DNA of 64,000 bases, taken from contig JALNXE010000011.1 in NCBI GenBank assembly GCA_023230525.1, positions 844 to 64,843 on the forward strand, written 5' to 3'. This DNA is from Desulfobulbaceae bacterium. Lineage in GTDB: Bacteria; Desulfobacterota; Desulfobulbia; Desulfobulbales; SURF-16. Both the position numbers and the translations under genes were made by a program. The notes under the pieces were generated by a model. It did not search any database, was not told where the DNA came from, and was given only the letters and a program-made list of their open reading frames with translations. Shown piece by piece: positions 1 to 9,115 of this stretch; positions within the stretch are counted from its first letter, which is position 1, and every line of letters begins with the position of its first letter.

Positions 1-952
1 TCGAGATACAGAGGCCGAGGCCGGTGCCATGCTCCTTGGTGGTGAAAAAAGGGGAAAAGATCTTCTCCCTGATACTGGCCGGGATGCCCTGCCCGCCGTC
101 GGTGATGGTCACCAGGATGTTGCCGGCCGCAAGACTTGAGGCCACGGCAACCGTGCCCGGCCCGGCCAGGGCCTCAGCCCCGTTCTTGACCAGATTGAGC
201 AGCACCTGCTTTAATTTGTCCCGGTCGCCGCTGATCATCTTGGCGCCCGGCTCTGCCTGGCAGCGGATGGTAATGGCGTCGTTTTGCAGATTGGCTATGG
301 TGAGATTGCACACCTCCTGCAGCAGCTCGTCGATATCGAAGTCCAGCAGATTGAGCTGCCGGGGCCGGTAAAGATCCTTGAGATCAGCCAGCAGCTTCTC
401 CAGCCGTTCCACCTCACTGGCAATCACCCCCAGCTTGGCCTGCTCCTTGTCGCCGCTGACCTTTTTCAGCAACTGCCGGGCGAAACCGCCGATCATCACC
501 AGGGGATTCTTGATCTCGTGGCTGATCTCGGCCACCATCTGGCCCAGGGCCGCCAGCCGCTCCGCCTGCAGGACTTGCGCATGCAGGGCCTTGGTTTCGG
601 TGAGTTCCCGCACGATGCCGGTGAAAAAGCTCTCGCCGTTCACCTCGGTGACGGAAAAGGAGATGGAGGCCGGAAAGGTTTGCCCGCTGCGCCGCATGGC
701 GTCAAACTCGCTCACGTGGCCCAAGAGATTCGCCTTTTTTGTTTTCACATAGTGGGCCACCCCCCGCTGATGGCCTTCCCGGCAGCCCGGCCCCAGGATA
801 TCAGCCAGATTGCGGCCGATGACCTCGCACCTGTTGTAACCGAACATCCGCTCCGCGGCCCGGTTGAAGAAAATAACCGTGGACTGCGCATCGATGGTCA
901 CAAAGGCCTCGTTGGCATTTTCCACCGCACCCTGTAGGATGCTGATTTCCAT
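1..952 (-). CDS. PAS-domain sensor histidine kinase (C-terminus runs off the left window edge)
   Basis: Absent from the ORF track because it is open to the window edge. Reverse-strand translation from ATG (952..950) gives MEISILQGAVENANEAFVTIDAQSTVIFFNRAAERMFGY (PAS), the H-box AEISHEIKNPL, and at the edge EKIFSPFFTTKEHGTGLGL (HATPase_c G2 box). The + ORFs 24..371, 284..937 and 378..752 are antisense shadows. Confidence 0.85.
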   Translation of the reverse strand, partial: MEISILQGAVENANEAFVTIDAQSTVIFFNRAAERMFGYNRCEVIGRNLADILGPGCREGHQRGVAHYVKTKKANLLGHVSEFDAMRRSGQTFPASISFSVTEVNGESFFTGIVRELTETKALHAQVLQAERLAALGQMVAEISHEIKNPLVMIGGFARQLLKKVSGDKEQAKLGVIASEVERLEKLLADLKDLYRPRQLNLLDFDIDELLQEVCNLTIANLQNDAITIRCQAEPGAKMISGDRDKLKQVLLNLVKNGAEALAGPGTVAVASSLAAGNILVTITDGGQGIPASIREKIFSPFFTTKEHGTGLGLCIS

Positions 953-1102
953 CAGACTGTCACCTTTATCCGCATTTTTTTGCATGGGATCAACCCTTTC
1001 CTCATGGTAAATTCCAAATCCCGACGTGACAACAGGACGGGAAAGAAAACCCGTCCATCATTTCGTACCACTGTTGCTATGAACGTTGCAGGGACGTTTC
1101 GT

Positions 1103-1130
1103 GTAGGGGCGGTTCGCGAACCGCCCCTAC
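1103..1130. repeat. REP-like perfect 28 bp palindrome GTAGGGGCGGTTCGCGAACCGCCCCTAC
   Basis: Perfect inverted repeat between two convergently arranged kinase genes. The core GGCGGTTCGCGAACCGCCCCTAC recurs at 58707..58732 and 58968..58992. Confidence 0.7.
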
Positions 1131-1189
1131 GTCCCCCCTGCACGCTGCTGCCTATTGTAATGGCGGAGTCATTTACCTGACTGTTGCCA

Positions 1190-2881
1190 TCACCCCGGTC
1201 CGGCCGGAAACAGCAGATTCAAGGTGGTTCCCTCACCCACCTTGCTTTTCACCCGGATGAAACCGCCATGCTCTTCCACCACCTTTTTGGCCAGCACCAG
1301 CCCCAGCCCGGTCCCCCTCTGGGGCCCCTTGGTGGTGAAAAAGGGCTCGAAGATCATTTTCAGCTGTTCCTCCGGGATCCCCTCGCCGCTGTCCCGGATG
1401 GCGATATCGACAAAGGATTGCCCGCCGACGTTTTCCTCGCCGGTACTGACCAGCAGCCCGCCGCCCCTGGCCATGGAATCGATGGCATTGGCCACCACAT
1501 TCATGACCGCCTCCCGCACCCGCTCCACGTCAATAAGGATATGCGGATGGGCAAGGCGGTATGTCCTGGTGACCACAATGGACCGCTCCCGGCACAGGAA
1601 CTCATACAGCCGCAGCACCTCATCCAGCAGCAGGTGGATATCATGGAGCTCCTTGGCCAGCTCCACCCCCTTGGAAATGAGCAGCACATTGTTGAGTATT
1701 TTTTCCAGGCGGTCCACCTCGGAGACCATGATCTCCACATACTCCTTTTCCCTGCTGCCCAGATGCGCGCTTTTATGCAGCCGCCGGGCAAATCCGCCCA
1801 CCGCGGTCAGCGGGTTGCGGATCTCATGGGCCACGTTGGCCGTCAGACGGCCCAGGGCCACCATTTTTTCCGCCTGCATGAGCTGCTCCTGCAGCAGGTT
1901 TTTTTCCTGGTTCGCCCTGTGCCGCTCAATGATGCCGGCCAGGGTGTTGGCGATGGCCACCAGGAATTCCTCCTCCGACTCCTTGCGCTTGTGCCCCTCC
2001 TTGACAAAGACGTTGACCAGCCCAAGGGTCCGCTCGCCGGAGACAATGGGGACGCAGTAATGGCCGTGGGGAAACGGCAGCGGATCGGTTTCATGGCCCT
2101 CCTCCAGGCAGTTGCTGAAGATGACCTTGCCCGTGGCCACCGCCTTGCCGCACAGACACTGGCCCTGGGCAATACGCATGCATGGCGGCCGTTCCGACTG
2201 GCCGAAACCGCGGACGGCCTTCATCACCAGGTCGCCGGTCCCTTCCTCCACCAGACAGATGCCGCCTTTTGACTGCAGGGCAAGATGGGGGATGGTCAGG
2301 GTCAGATCAAGGATGCGGTCAAACTGCTCATCCAGGGTCAGCGGCTCCAGGGCGATTTTCAGCACCGAGCTGGTCACCCGCTGGATATGATAATTGTGTT
2401 CCAGCTTTTCCTCAACCTGTTTGCGTTCCGTGATGTCCCTGACCGAGGCCGCGGCCACCGTTTCATCGTCCATCTGCAGACAGCTGAGACTGATATCAGC
2501 CGGAAAATCCGTGCCGTTTTTGCGCAGACCGTAGATTTCATAAATCAGGCCCATGGGCCGGGAACCGGGCTGCTCAAAATAATGGGCCAGGAGCCTCTGA
2601 TGCTTGTCGCGGAAACGCTCAGGGATCAAACAGCCTAAATCCCGGCCCACCAGTTCACCCGGGCCATAACCGAATATTTCTTCGAGCTGGGCATTAACCA
2701 GCACAATGGTGCCCTGCCGGTTGACAAAAACCATGGCATCGGGGGCCGTTTCCAGCAGTTTCTGATATTCGCCCTTTCGCTTCTCCAGCGCCTCGCGGCA
2801 CATTTCCAGGTCCTGCAGCGAGGCCCGCATGCCGGCCAATTGCTGCTCAAGCTGTTCTCTGGTGATGGATTTTCTCTTCAT
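1190..2881 (-). CDS. PAS-GAF sensor histidine kinase
   Basis: ORF 1190..2959. The likely start is the internal MKRKSITREQLEQ (ATG at 2881). It has a PAS region (APDAMVFVNRQGTIVLVN), a GAF-like middle, the H-box AHEIRNPLTAVGGFARRL, and HATPase motifs (DSGEGIP, FEPFFTTKGPQRGTGLGL). Confidence 0.85.
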   Translation of the reverse strand: MKRKSITREQLEQQLAGMRASLQDLEMCREALEKRKGEYQKLLETAPDAMVFVNRQGTIVLVNAQLEEIFGYGPGELVGRDLGCLIPERFRDKHQRLLAHYFEQPGSRPMGLIYEIYGLRKNGTDFPADISLSCLQMDDETVAAASVRDITERKQVEEKLEHNYHIQRVTSSVLKIALEPLTLDEQFDRILDLTLTIPHLALQSKGGICLVEEGTGDLVMKAVRGFGQSERPPCMRIAQGQCLCGKAVATGKVIFSNCLEEGHETDPLPFPHGHYCVPIVSGERTLGLVNVFVKEGHKRKESEEEFLVAIANTLAGIIERHRANQEKNLLQEQLMQAEKMVALGRLTANVAHEIRNPLTAVGGFARRLHKSAHLGSREKEYVEIMVSEVDRLEKILNNVLLISKGVELAKELHDIHLLLDEVLRLYEFLCRERSIVVTRTYRLAHPHILIDVERVREAVMNVVANAIDSMARGGGLLVSTGEENVGGQSFVDIAIRDSGEGIPEEQLKMIFEPFFTTKGPQRGTGLGLVLAKKVVEEHGGFIRVKSKVGEGTTLNLLFPAGPG

Positions 2882-3127
2882 GTCAACCCGCCGTTTTCTC
2901 TTTATTTCCCTGAAGTAACCAATAGTTCCACTATGCCAAATCCCATGGGCAGGAGTCAACTCTTTGCTGGGCCGGCATCAGAACGGAAAGTTCATAGCGG
3001 GATAGATAAAGAAGAACGAAACCGTATGACCTTATCATCATGCAATTTATTGAGAAATAACTCATAATATGTTATTTTTATTACCAACAATTTCCCCCCG
3101 ACTAAGAAGCACAGAAAGGAGACAGAC

Positions 3128-3580
3128 ATGTACGGTACCATCCTCGTCCCACTTGACGGCTCCCAGCGAGCCGAAATCATTTTAACCCATGTTATCGAAC
3201 TGGCAAAGAAATTCACGGCAAAGGTTATTCTGTTGGAGGCGGTGGAGCAGAAACTCGCCTACACCGGCGATCTGGAAATCTCAGCAAGTTCTGCCAAGGT
3301 GGATGCAGAACTTGCCAAACAGATCAAAAACGCCGAATCCTATATCAAGGGAGTAAAGGAAAAACTGGAACAGCAGGGTATCCAGGTAACCACCCGGATC
3401 ATGCAGGGCCCGCCGGTTGAGGCGATCATCGCCATGGCCAAAGAGGAGAACGCGGAACTGATCGCCCTGGCCAGCCATGGCCGCAGCGGTCTGGCCAGGG
3501 TTTTCTACGGCAGTGTGGCGGCAGGCATCCTGCACCGGGCTGACCGCCCGCTGCTGCTTATCCGCGCAAGCGATCTCTAA
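3128..3580 (+). CDS. universal stress protein (UspA family)
   Basis: 150 aa. MYGTILVPLDGS at the N-terminus and ASHGRSGLARVFYGSVAAGILHRADRPLLLIR at the C-terminus are typical Usp motifs. RBS AAGGAG lies upstream. Confidence 0.85.
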   Translation: MYGTILVPLDGSQRAEIILTHVIELAKKFTAKVILLEAVEQKLAYTGDLEISASSAKVDAELAKQIKNAESYIKGVKEKLEQQGIQVTTRIMQGPPVEAIIAMAKEENAELIALASHGRSGLARVFYGSVAAGILHRADRPLLLIRASDL

Positions 3581-3596
3581 GCGCCCGCCGCATCGA

Positions 3597-3632
3597 CAAA
3601 AAAAGGGAGACCGGCCTGGTCTCCCTTTTTTT
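3597..3632. terminator. bidirectional rho-independent terminator
   Basis: AAAAAAAGGGAGACC-ggcc-TGGTCTCCCTTTTTTT. A GC stem flanked by an A-tract and a T-tract, sitting between convergent genes. Confidence 0.7.
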
Positions 3633-3684
3633 ATCATCATCTGCCGGGCTCAGCCGGACAGGAAAAAATACCCTGGCAGCCGGC

Positions 3685-4557
3685 TCAGCCGGCAACCACA
3701 CTCTGCAGGCTCTCCCACATCCTTTTCACCGCACCCGAGGCCGGGGAAGCAGGCTTATACGTAAGCAGCGGCACACCCCGGACAATTGATTCCGCCACCG
3801 CCGGATCAAAGGGGATCCGGCCAACCAGCTCCAGGCCCCCCTGGGCGCAGACCTGGCTGATCATCGCACTGGTTTCCGGGTGCAGGTCCCATTTATTGAT
3901 GCACACCCCGCAGGCTATCTTGAAATGTCTGACCAGATCCGCCACCCTCAGCAGATCGTGCAGACCTGACCGGGTGGGCTCGGTGATGAGCAGCACATAG
4001 TCTGCCCCGGACATGGAGGCGATGGCCGGGCAGCCGATGCCGGGGGGACCGTCCACCAGCAGCCAGTCGGCTTTTTGGCCTTCCGCCAGCTCCCTGGCCT
4101 GCCGTTTCACCATGCTGACCAGTTTCCCCGAATTTTCCTCGCCGATGCCGAGCCGGGCATGCACCAGCGGCCCATAATCGGTATCGGCAAGAAACCAGCT
4201 GCCGCTCAGTTTGTCCCGCAGGCTGATGGCCTGCTCCGGACAAAAATGACTGCAGACGCCGCAGCCCTCGCAGGAAAAGGGCAACAGCCGGGCCGTCTCC
4301 GCAAGCTCCAGGGCATGGAAACGGCACAGATCGACACAGGTGCCGCAGCCGCTGCACCTCGCCGCATCCACCTCGGCTTCCACCCCGCACCAGAACTCGT
4401 TTTCCTGCCGCAGGCGGGGGGCAAGAATAAGGTACAGGTCCGCCGCATCCACATCGCAGTCAGCCATCACCTTATTGGCCAGCAGGGCAGCCAGAGCGCC
4501 GGTGATGGTGGTCTTGCCGGTGCCGCCCTTGCCGGAAAGCAAAAGAATTTCTTTCAT
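3685..4557 (-). CDS. MinD/ParA-type P-loop ATPase with embedded 4Fe-4S ferredoxin motifs
   Basis: 290 aa. Deviant Walker A SGKGGTGKTT, and two Cys clusters, CSGCGTCVDLC and CEGCGVCSHFCP. Confidence 0.8.
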   Translation of the reverse strand: MKEILLLSGKGGTGKTTITGALAALLANKVMADCDVDAADLYLILAPRLRQENEFWCGVEAEVDAARCSGCGTCVDLCRFHALELAETARLLPFSCEGCGVCSHFCPEQAISLRDKLSGSWFLADTDYGPLVHARLGIGEENSGKLVSMVKRQARELAEGQKADWLLVDGPPGIGCPAIASMSGADYVLLITEPTRSGLHDLLRVADLVRHFKIACGVCINKWDLHPETSAMISQVCAQGGLELVGRIPFDPAVAESIVRGVPLLTYKPASPASGAVKRMWESLQSVVAG

Positions 4558-5384
4558 GGCCGCAATTCCTCCAGCAGCAGGGCAAAGGAATCGCGCAAAT
4601 CAGGCCGGCTGGCGATCAGCGGCTCTCCTATGGCATATCCTTCCGCTATTTTCCGATCAAAGGGAATCTGCATGTGTACCGTGATATCTTCCCGGTCACA
4701 CCACCGTTCCGTCTCCTTGTCCCCCATGTCGGCACGATTGATGATGACCCCGAAGGGCCGCTCAAGCTTGCGCAGCACCCCCACGGCCAGCTGCAGATCA
4801 TGCAGGCCGAAAGGCGTGGCCTCGGTCACCAGCAGCGCATAATCGCAATCCTTGATGGTGGCCACCAGGGGACAGGAGGTTCCCGGCGGGGCATCGAGGA
4901 TGACCAGCCCATCCGCGGCACACTCTTCCTTCACCGCCCGGATCAGCGGCACGGCCATGGCCTCTCCCACCCGCAAGCGGCCATGCACAAAGGCGATGCC
5001 GGCGGCATCCCCCTTTTCCACCACGCCGACCAGCCGTTTTTCTTCCGCCAGGGCCTGCTCCGGACAGACCAGGAAACAGCCGCCGCAGGAGTGGCAGAGG
5101 TCGGTAAAGGCCATGATGGTCCGGCCGAACACGGTAATGGCATGAAAGCGGCACAGGTCACGGCATTTGCCGCAGTAATTGCACCGCTCCTCAATCACCC
5201 GGGGCACGCTGAGATGAACATCCCGGCTTGCCGCAATGGCCGGACTCAGAAAAATATGGCCGTTGGGTTCTTCCACATCGCAGTCAACATACTGAACCTT
5301 CCCCTGCGCAGCAAGGGCCAGACTCACCGAAACCGTGGTTTTGCCCGTGCCTCCCTTGCCGCTGGCAACCGCAATTTTCATCAT
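4554..5384 (-). CDS. MinD/ParA-type P-loop ATPase with 4Fe-4S ferredoxin motifs (paralog of the downstream gene)
   Basis: ORF 4554..5639 trimmed to MMKIAVASGKGGTGKTT (ATG at 5384). Cys clusters CNYCGKCRDLC and CHSCGGCFLVCP. The stop overlaps the next gene's start by 4 bp (4554..4557). Confidence 0.8.
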   Translation of the reverse strand: MMKIAVASGKGGTGKTTVSVSLALAAQGKVQYVDCDVEEPNGHIFLSPAIAASRDVHLSVPRVIEERCNYCGKCRDLCRFHAITVFGRTIMAFTDLCHSCGGCFLVCPEQALAEEKRLVGVVEKGDAAGIAFVHGRLRVGEAMAVPLIRAVKEECAADGLVILDAPPGTSCPLVATIKDCDYALLVTEATPFGLHDLQLAVGVLRKLERPFGVIINRADMGDKETERWCDREDITVHMQIPFDRKIAEGYAIGEPLIASRPDLRDSFALLLEELRP

Positions 5385-5394
5385 CGCCTCCTCA

Positions 5395-5880
5395 TCAACC
5401 CTGCCGGTTTCTTCCCTGGCAGCCGCATTGCCCCTGGCGGCGTCCGCCACCCAGGCCCCGGCCCTGCCCCATACCTCCTCCTTGGCCCATGCCTCTGCCG
5501 GTTTGGGCAGCCGCAGAGTCAGGCAGACATTCCGGCCGGGCGGCGTCTTTCCCCGCCATTCCCTGGTTGACAAAATGATGCACGGCCTCGCGCACGGTCC
5601 CGGCAGCGCCGTTGACCATGGTAATGCCCGCCTTTTCACAGACCGCGGCGGCCTTCGGCCCCACGTATCCGGTCAGAATCGCCTGGGCCCCTGCCTGGGC
5701 GATCAGGCTGGCGGTATTAATGCCCGCCCCATGTGCGACATCTTTTGCCTCCTGGTTGTCGATGACCTGAACGATGGCACCCGACTCGGTATCAACGATC
5801 AGCAGATACTGCGCCCTGCCGAATCTCTGGTCAACTGTGGAATCCAGCTCTCTCCCCGTTGCACTGACAGCTACTTTCAT
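5395..5880 (-). CDS. NifX/NifB-C-terminal-like (dinitrogenase FeMo-cofactor biosynthesis family) protein with a Gly/Gln/Arg-rich tail
   Basis: ORF 5395..5943 trimmed to MKVAVSATGRELDSTVDQRFGRAQYLLIVD (ATG at 5880). DQRFGRA and GITMV are typical of the family. The tail is GRGMGQGGGMGQGRGLGGGRRQGQCGCQGRNRQG. Confidence 0.7.
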   Translation of the reverse strand: MKVAVSATGRELDSTVDQRFGRAQYLLIVDTESGAIVQVIDNQEAKDVAHGAGINTASLIAQAGAQAILTGYVGPKAAAVCEKAGITMVNGAAGTVREAVHHFVNQGMAGKDAARPECLPDSAAAQTGRGMGQGGGMGQGRGLGGGRRQGQCGCQGRNRQG

Positions 5881-6204
5881 GGCCCATCCTCCTCTGCAAC
5901 CTGCATTGACATGTGGTAAAACCTGCGACATTATTTTGTGCATATGTTCATAACTATAATAAACACAGGAATGATTATGTCAAGAAAATTACGAAGATAT
6001 TTTTAAATCAATATCCCCGTATCATGACAGCATGAGGAATTGGCGACGGACGGATTTGCCCCAAAAAAGGATGGCGGACAGACTTTACAGAGAGGTGAGT
6101 AAAAGGGATTTATCCCAGGCAATGCGGGGCACCGCCGGAGAACGCTCAGCAAGTCAAGGCAAGCGCCGCCAATACAGGTTGCAGGGGCCGCGCCAAAAAA
6201 ACGG

Positions 6205-6720
6205 TCAGTTCTGCCGGGGGGTCATATTGAGAGGATCCAAAAGCGGAGACGGCTGCCCCTCCTTGGTCAGCAGGGGAATTTTCCCCTCATGATCAAAGTT
6301 GAAGGTGTGGCCGATAAGGCCCAGCCCGCCGACCCGCACCTTGCCGGTGAGCCGGAAATCAAGCTCCTCGCCCTGCTGGATGTTGCTGGCAAAACGGAAG
6401 AGGTCCCAGTAGGCGCTGGACAGGCGCAGGTCCAGGCTGCCGAAGTCGTTGGCCGGGACGTCCAGGCTGCGCAAGGACTTGCCGGAGGAAACCTTGATGC
6501 CGTTGAGCTCCAGCTCATACTCGACATCCTCCACCTGGAGGGTGACGTCATTGGGGTTGAACAGGCGGAGACTGGCCACCATATTGACGTGGCTCAAGGT
6601 GACCTCATCCACGACCAGGCCCATGAGATTGATCTCCGGAGCCACGGGCTGCATGGCAGCGCAGGAGGAGAGGAGAAAGACAACCAGCAGGCTGCAGAGA
6701 GCGGCGCGTATTTTTTTCAT
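6205..6720 (-). CDS. lipoprotein, LEA_2 / water-stress-hypersensitive-response-like domain
   Basis: 171 aa. Lipobox signal MKKIRAALCSLLVVFLLSSC. The body (VASLRLFNPNDVTLQVEDVEYELELNG) resembles LEA type 2 / NDR1-like beta-sandwich proteins. The family call is from memory. Confidence 0.6.
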   Translation of the reverse strand: MKKIRAALCSLLVVFLLSSCAAMQPVAPEINLMGLVVDEVTLSHVNMVASLRLFNPNDVTLQVEDVEYELELNGIKVSSGKSLRSLDVPANDFGSLDLRLSSAYWDLFRFASNIQQGEELDFRLTGKVRVGGLGLIGHTFNFDHEGKIPLLTKEGQPSPLLDPLNMTPRQN

Positions 6721-7366
6721 GGAAAGTTCCTGTAGGGGTCACGTTGGCCTGGTTCGCGGCAATAAGCCGTTGTAAAAAAATAACATGGCCAGAGAAATGC
6801 GCTCCAACGGCACTGGGTATAAGGAGCCGTAACGAAATTGGAAAATGGCCATGTTATTTCGTAACGGCTGCAAATACTTGACCATGGGTAACCATTTACC
6901 ACAGATGGGCCGCCGGCAAAACCGCTAAATCGTCTCCGGTCAAAATTCCAAGATCCCCGCAGGCCCGGCCGGTAAACCCTTTCCCCAGGGGGGCAATCCG
7001 GGCTTTTCCTCAGGCGTGAGCTCCCGGCCCTGATGCGATTTTCCATGGCTTACCCGCGGCGCTGAAATCTTTATTGCCCCGGCATGCAACCTTTTGCCGC
7101 TATTTTTCGTATATCTACCTATGCATGTTGCGCAATTACACCTAACAGCCATTGAGCATAATTACCCAATAGCCGTCAGGCGAGAGAGAAGATCTTCGGT
7201 CGACCGGAAAATGACAAGAAAAGCGTGAAAGAACAAAACCGGGAATTGCCGTTTCACCGCTATTCCCGAAAAAACGGTAGAAGAAACAGCACAACCTTCG
7301 ATTTTGAGTCCCTCAACCCGAGGCTGAGCAAAATAAAAAAAACCTGAACTCATTTTAAGGAGTACC

Positions 7367-7696
7367 ATGAAAAATTCCATCAAGAAATTAGTTGTAATGT
7401 TGGCAATTGGCCTGAGTTTCGCCGCAGCGCAGAGCGTCAGCGCAGAGACTGTGGTGGGAACGATTACTGAAATTGCAAGCGAACCCAGTGTGGTCACGAT
7501 CACAAGCGAGGACGGCTCAAGTATCGATATCTATGGTGTGAAGGTTGATTACCTGTGCAACCAATACAACATCTGTCTTGATGAGGACGTGGACGTAAAC
7601 GTTGAATATTACGAATACGTATGCCTGGACGACGGTACACTCAAGTATAAGGCTACCAGCATATCGGTAGCGGAAGCCACGATTGATCTGCGCTAG
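7367..7696 (+). CDS. small secreted hypothetical protein
   Basis: 109 aa. Signal peptide MKNSIKKLVVMLAIGLSFAAAQSVSA, RBS AAGGAG upstream, acidic mature part. Confidence 0.55.
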   Translation: MKNSIKKLVVMLAIGLSFAAAQSVSAETVVGTITEIASEPSVVTITSEDGSSIDIYGVKVDYLCNQYNICLDEDVDVNVEYYEYVCLDDGTLKYKATSISVAEATIDLR

Positions 7697-7824
7697 ATGC
7701 CATGTTTTTTTAGGGAAGCCGGCAGGGGCGGCAGAAATCAAGGGTGCATTCAAAGTAAAGAACCACAGCAGCCAAGATAGCGATTTCTAACTCCTTACCC
7801 AGGCGTCCCCGCTGGCTCCATCAA

Positions 7825-7859
7825 CAGGTCTCCCGAATTTTCGGGGGGCCTGTTTTTTT
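7825..7859 (+). terminator. rho-independent terminator
   Basis: CAGGTCTCCCGAA-tt-TTCGGGGGGCCTG followed by TTTTTTT. About 12 bp stem including wobble pairs. Confidence 0.7.
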
Positions 7860-7899
7860 GCGGCCGGCTCAGTAAACCAGTAAAAAATCTTCGCCAGAC

Positions 7900-9075
7900 T
7901 CACTCCAGGGGCCCCCGCCACTGAAAAAGACGGTGGCTGAGCGAGGCGATGAACTGATCCAGCCGGCTCCAGAACCAGAGCCGCAAACGTCCCGGCCAGC
8001 CGGGGCTGGCCACATCCGCCAGTTTAATCTCCACCGACTCGGCGCAGTCCGCCGCAAACATCCGGGTAAAGCGCCCGGCAAACTCCGCATCGAGAATTTC
8101 CTGGTTGCCCTCATGATTCCAGCGCATATTCCAGCGGTCGAAGTTGGATGAGCCCAGCGACATCCAGTTATCGCACTGCACTGCCTTGTAGTGGAGGAAA
8201 CGCGGCTGATATTCGAAGATGCGCACCCCGGAAAGCAGCAGGCGCGGATAAAACCGCCGGCCGATCAGCGTCATCACCGGATGATCGCTGAAGGCGCCCG
8301 GCACCAGCACCCGCACATCAACCCCGTTGCGGGCGGCGCTGCGCAGGGTGCGTCTGATTTTGGCGGAGGGAACGAAATAGGGGGTGGCGAGCCACACCCG
8401 CTCCCTGGCCCGGCGGGCATAGACGAAAAAGGCCCGTTTGATTTCCCGGTGGACCGGGGCGCAGCTGATGGCCACCCGGCCGCGCAGAGTCCCTCCCCCG
8501 GAGGCGGGAACCGCTTCAGGCAAAGGCAGCTCCGTGCGGGTGGCGCGACGCCAGATCTGCTTAAACGACCCCACCCAGTCGGCCACCACCGGGCCGCGCA
8601 TCTCAACCATGGTCTCCCGCCAGTAGCCTTGCGGGGAAACGGCCGGATCGAAATCATCGGCCAGGCCCGTGCCACCGATAAAGGCCCGCTTGCCGTCGAT
8701 GACTAGCAGTTTGCGATGATCGCGGAACAGCCTGTCCACGTTGAACAGCCGCCATAGATGAAAGGGATTGAAGAAGACCAGCCGCAGGTTGGCATGGGAC
8801 AGACGGGCCGCGTCCTGGCTCGCCAGGCCCAGACTGCCGAAGGCATCAAACAGCAGCCACACCTTAACGCCCCGCCCGGCCGCCGCAAGCAAAGCATCAA
8901 TAAAGCCGGTGGCCACCCGGCCCGACTCCACCAGATACATCTCCAGCAGGACAAATTCGCGGGCCTCGGCGATGCCCTGCAGCATAACCGGGAAAAAGGT
9001 ATCGCCGTTACAGTGCAAATACCCCTGATTCCCTTCATGCCATGGGAACCGTTTATACGGCCGCAATTTATTCAT
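7900..9075 (-). CDS. phospholipase D family protein (ClsB-like cardiolipin synthase / PLD)
   Basis: 391 aa with two HKD motifs, HRKLLVIDGKRAFIGGTGLADDF and HYKAVQCDNWMSLGSSNFDRWN. No N-terminal TM segment. Confidence 0.8.
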   Translation of the reverse strand: MNKLRPYKRFPWHEGNQGYLHCNGDTFFPVMLQGIAEAREFVLLEMYLVESGRVATGFIDALLAAAGRGVKVWLLFDAFGSLGLASQDAARLSHANLRLVFFNPFHLWRLFNVDRLFRDHRKLLVIDGKRAFIGGTGLADDFDPAVSPQGYWRETMVEMRGPVVADWVGSFKQIWRRATRTELPLPEAVPASGGGTLRGRVAISCAPVHREIKRAFFVYARRARERVWLATPYFVPSAKIRRTLRSAARNGVDVRVLVPGAFSDHPVMTLIGRRFYPRLLLSGVRIFEYQPRFLHYKAVQCDNWMSLGSSNFDRWNMRWNHEGNQEILDAEFAGRFTRMFAADCAESVEIKLADVASPGWPGRLRLWFWSRLDQFIASLSHRLFQWRGPLE

Positions 9076-9115
9076 ATCAGGCCAATGGTGACGGAATCGT
9101 CAAAACCCCAGACAC

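Noticed and set aside
1184-2272. 362 aa + strand ORF (and nested + ORFs) opposite the PAS-GAF kinase
   Set aside because: Antisense shadow in high-GC DNA. It has a G/P/H/L/Q-rich, motif-free translation, while the minus strand encodes clear HisKA and HATPase motifs.
5385-5639. 85-codon N-terminal extension of ORF 4554..5639
   Set aside because: It overlaps the upstream NifX-like gene in another frame. The Walker-A-containing protein begins naturally at MMKIAVASGKGGTGKTT (5384).
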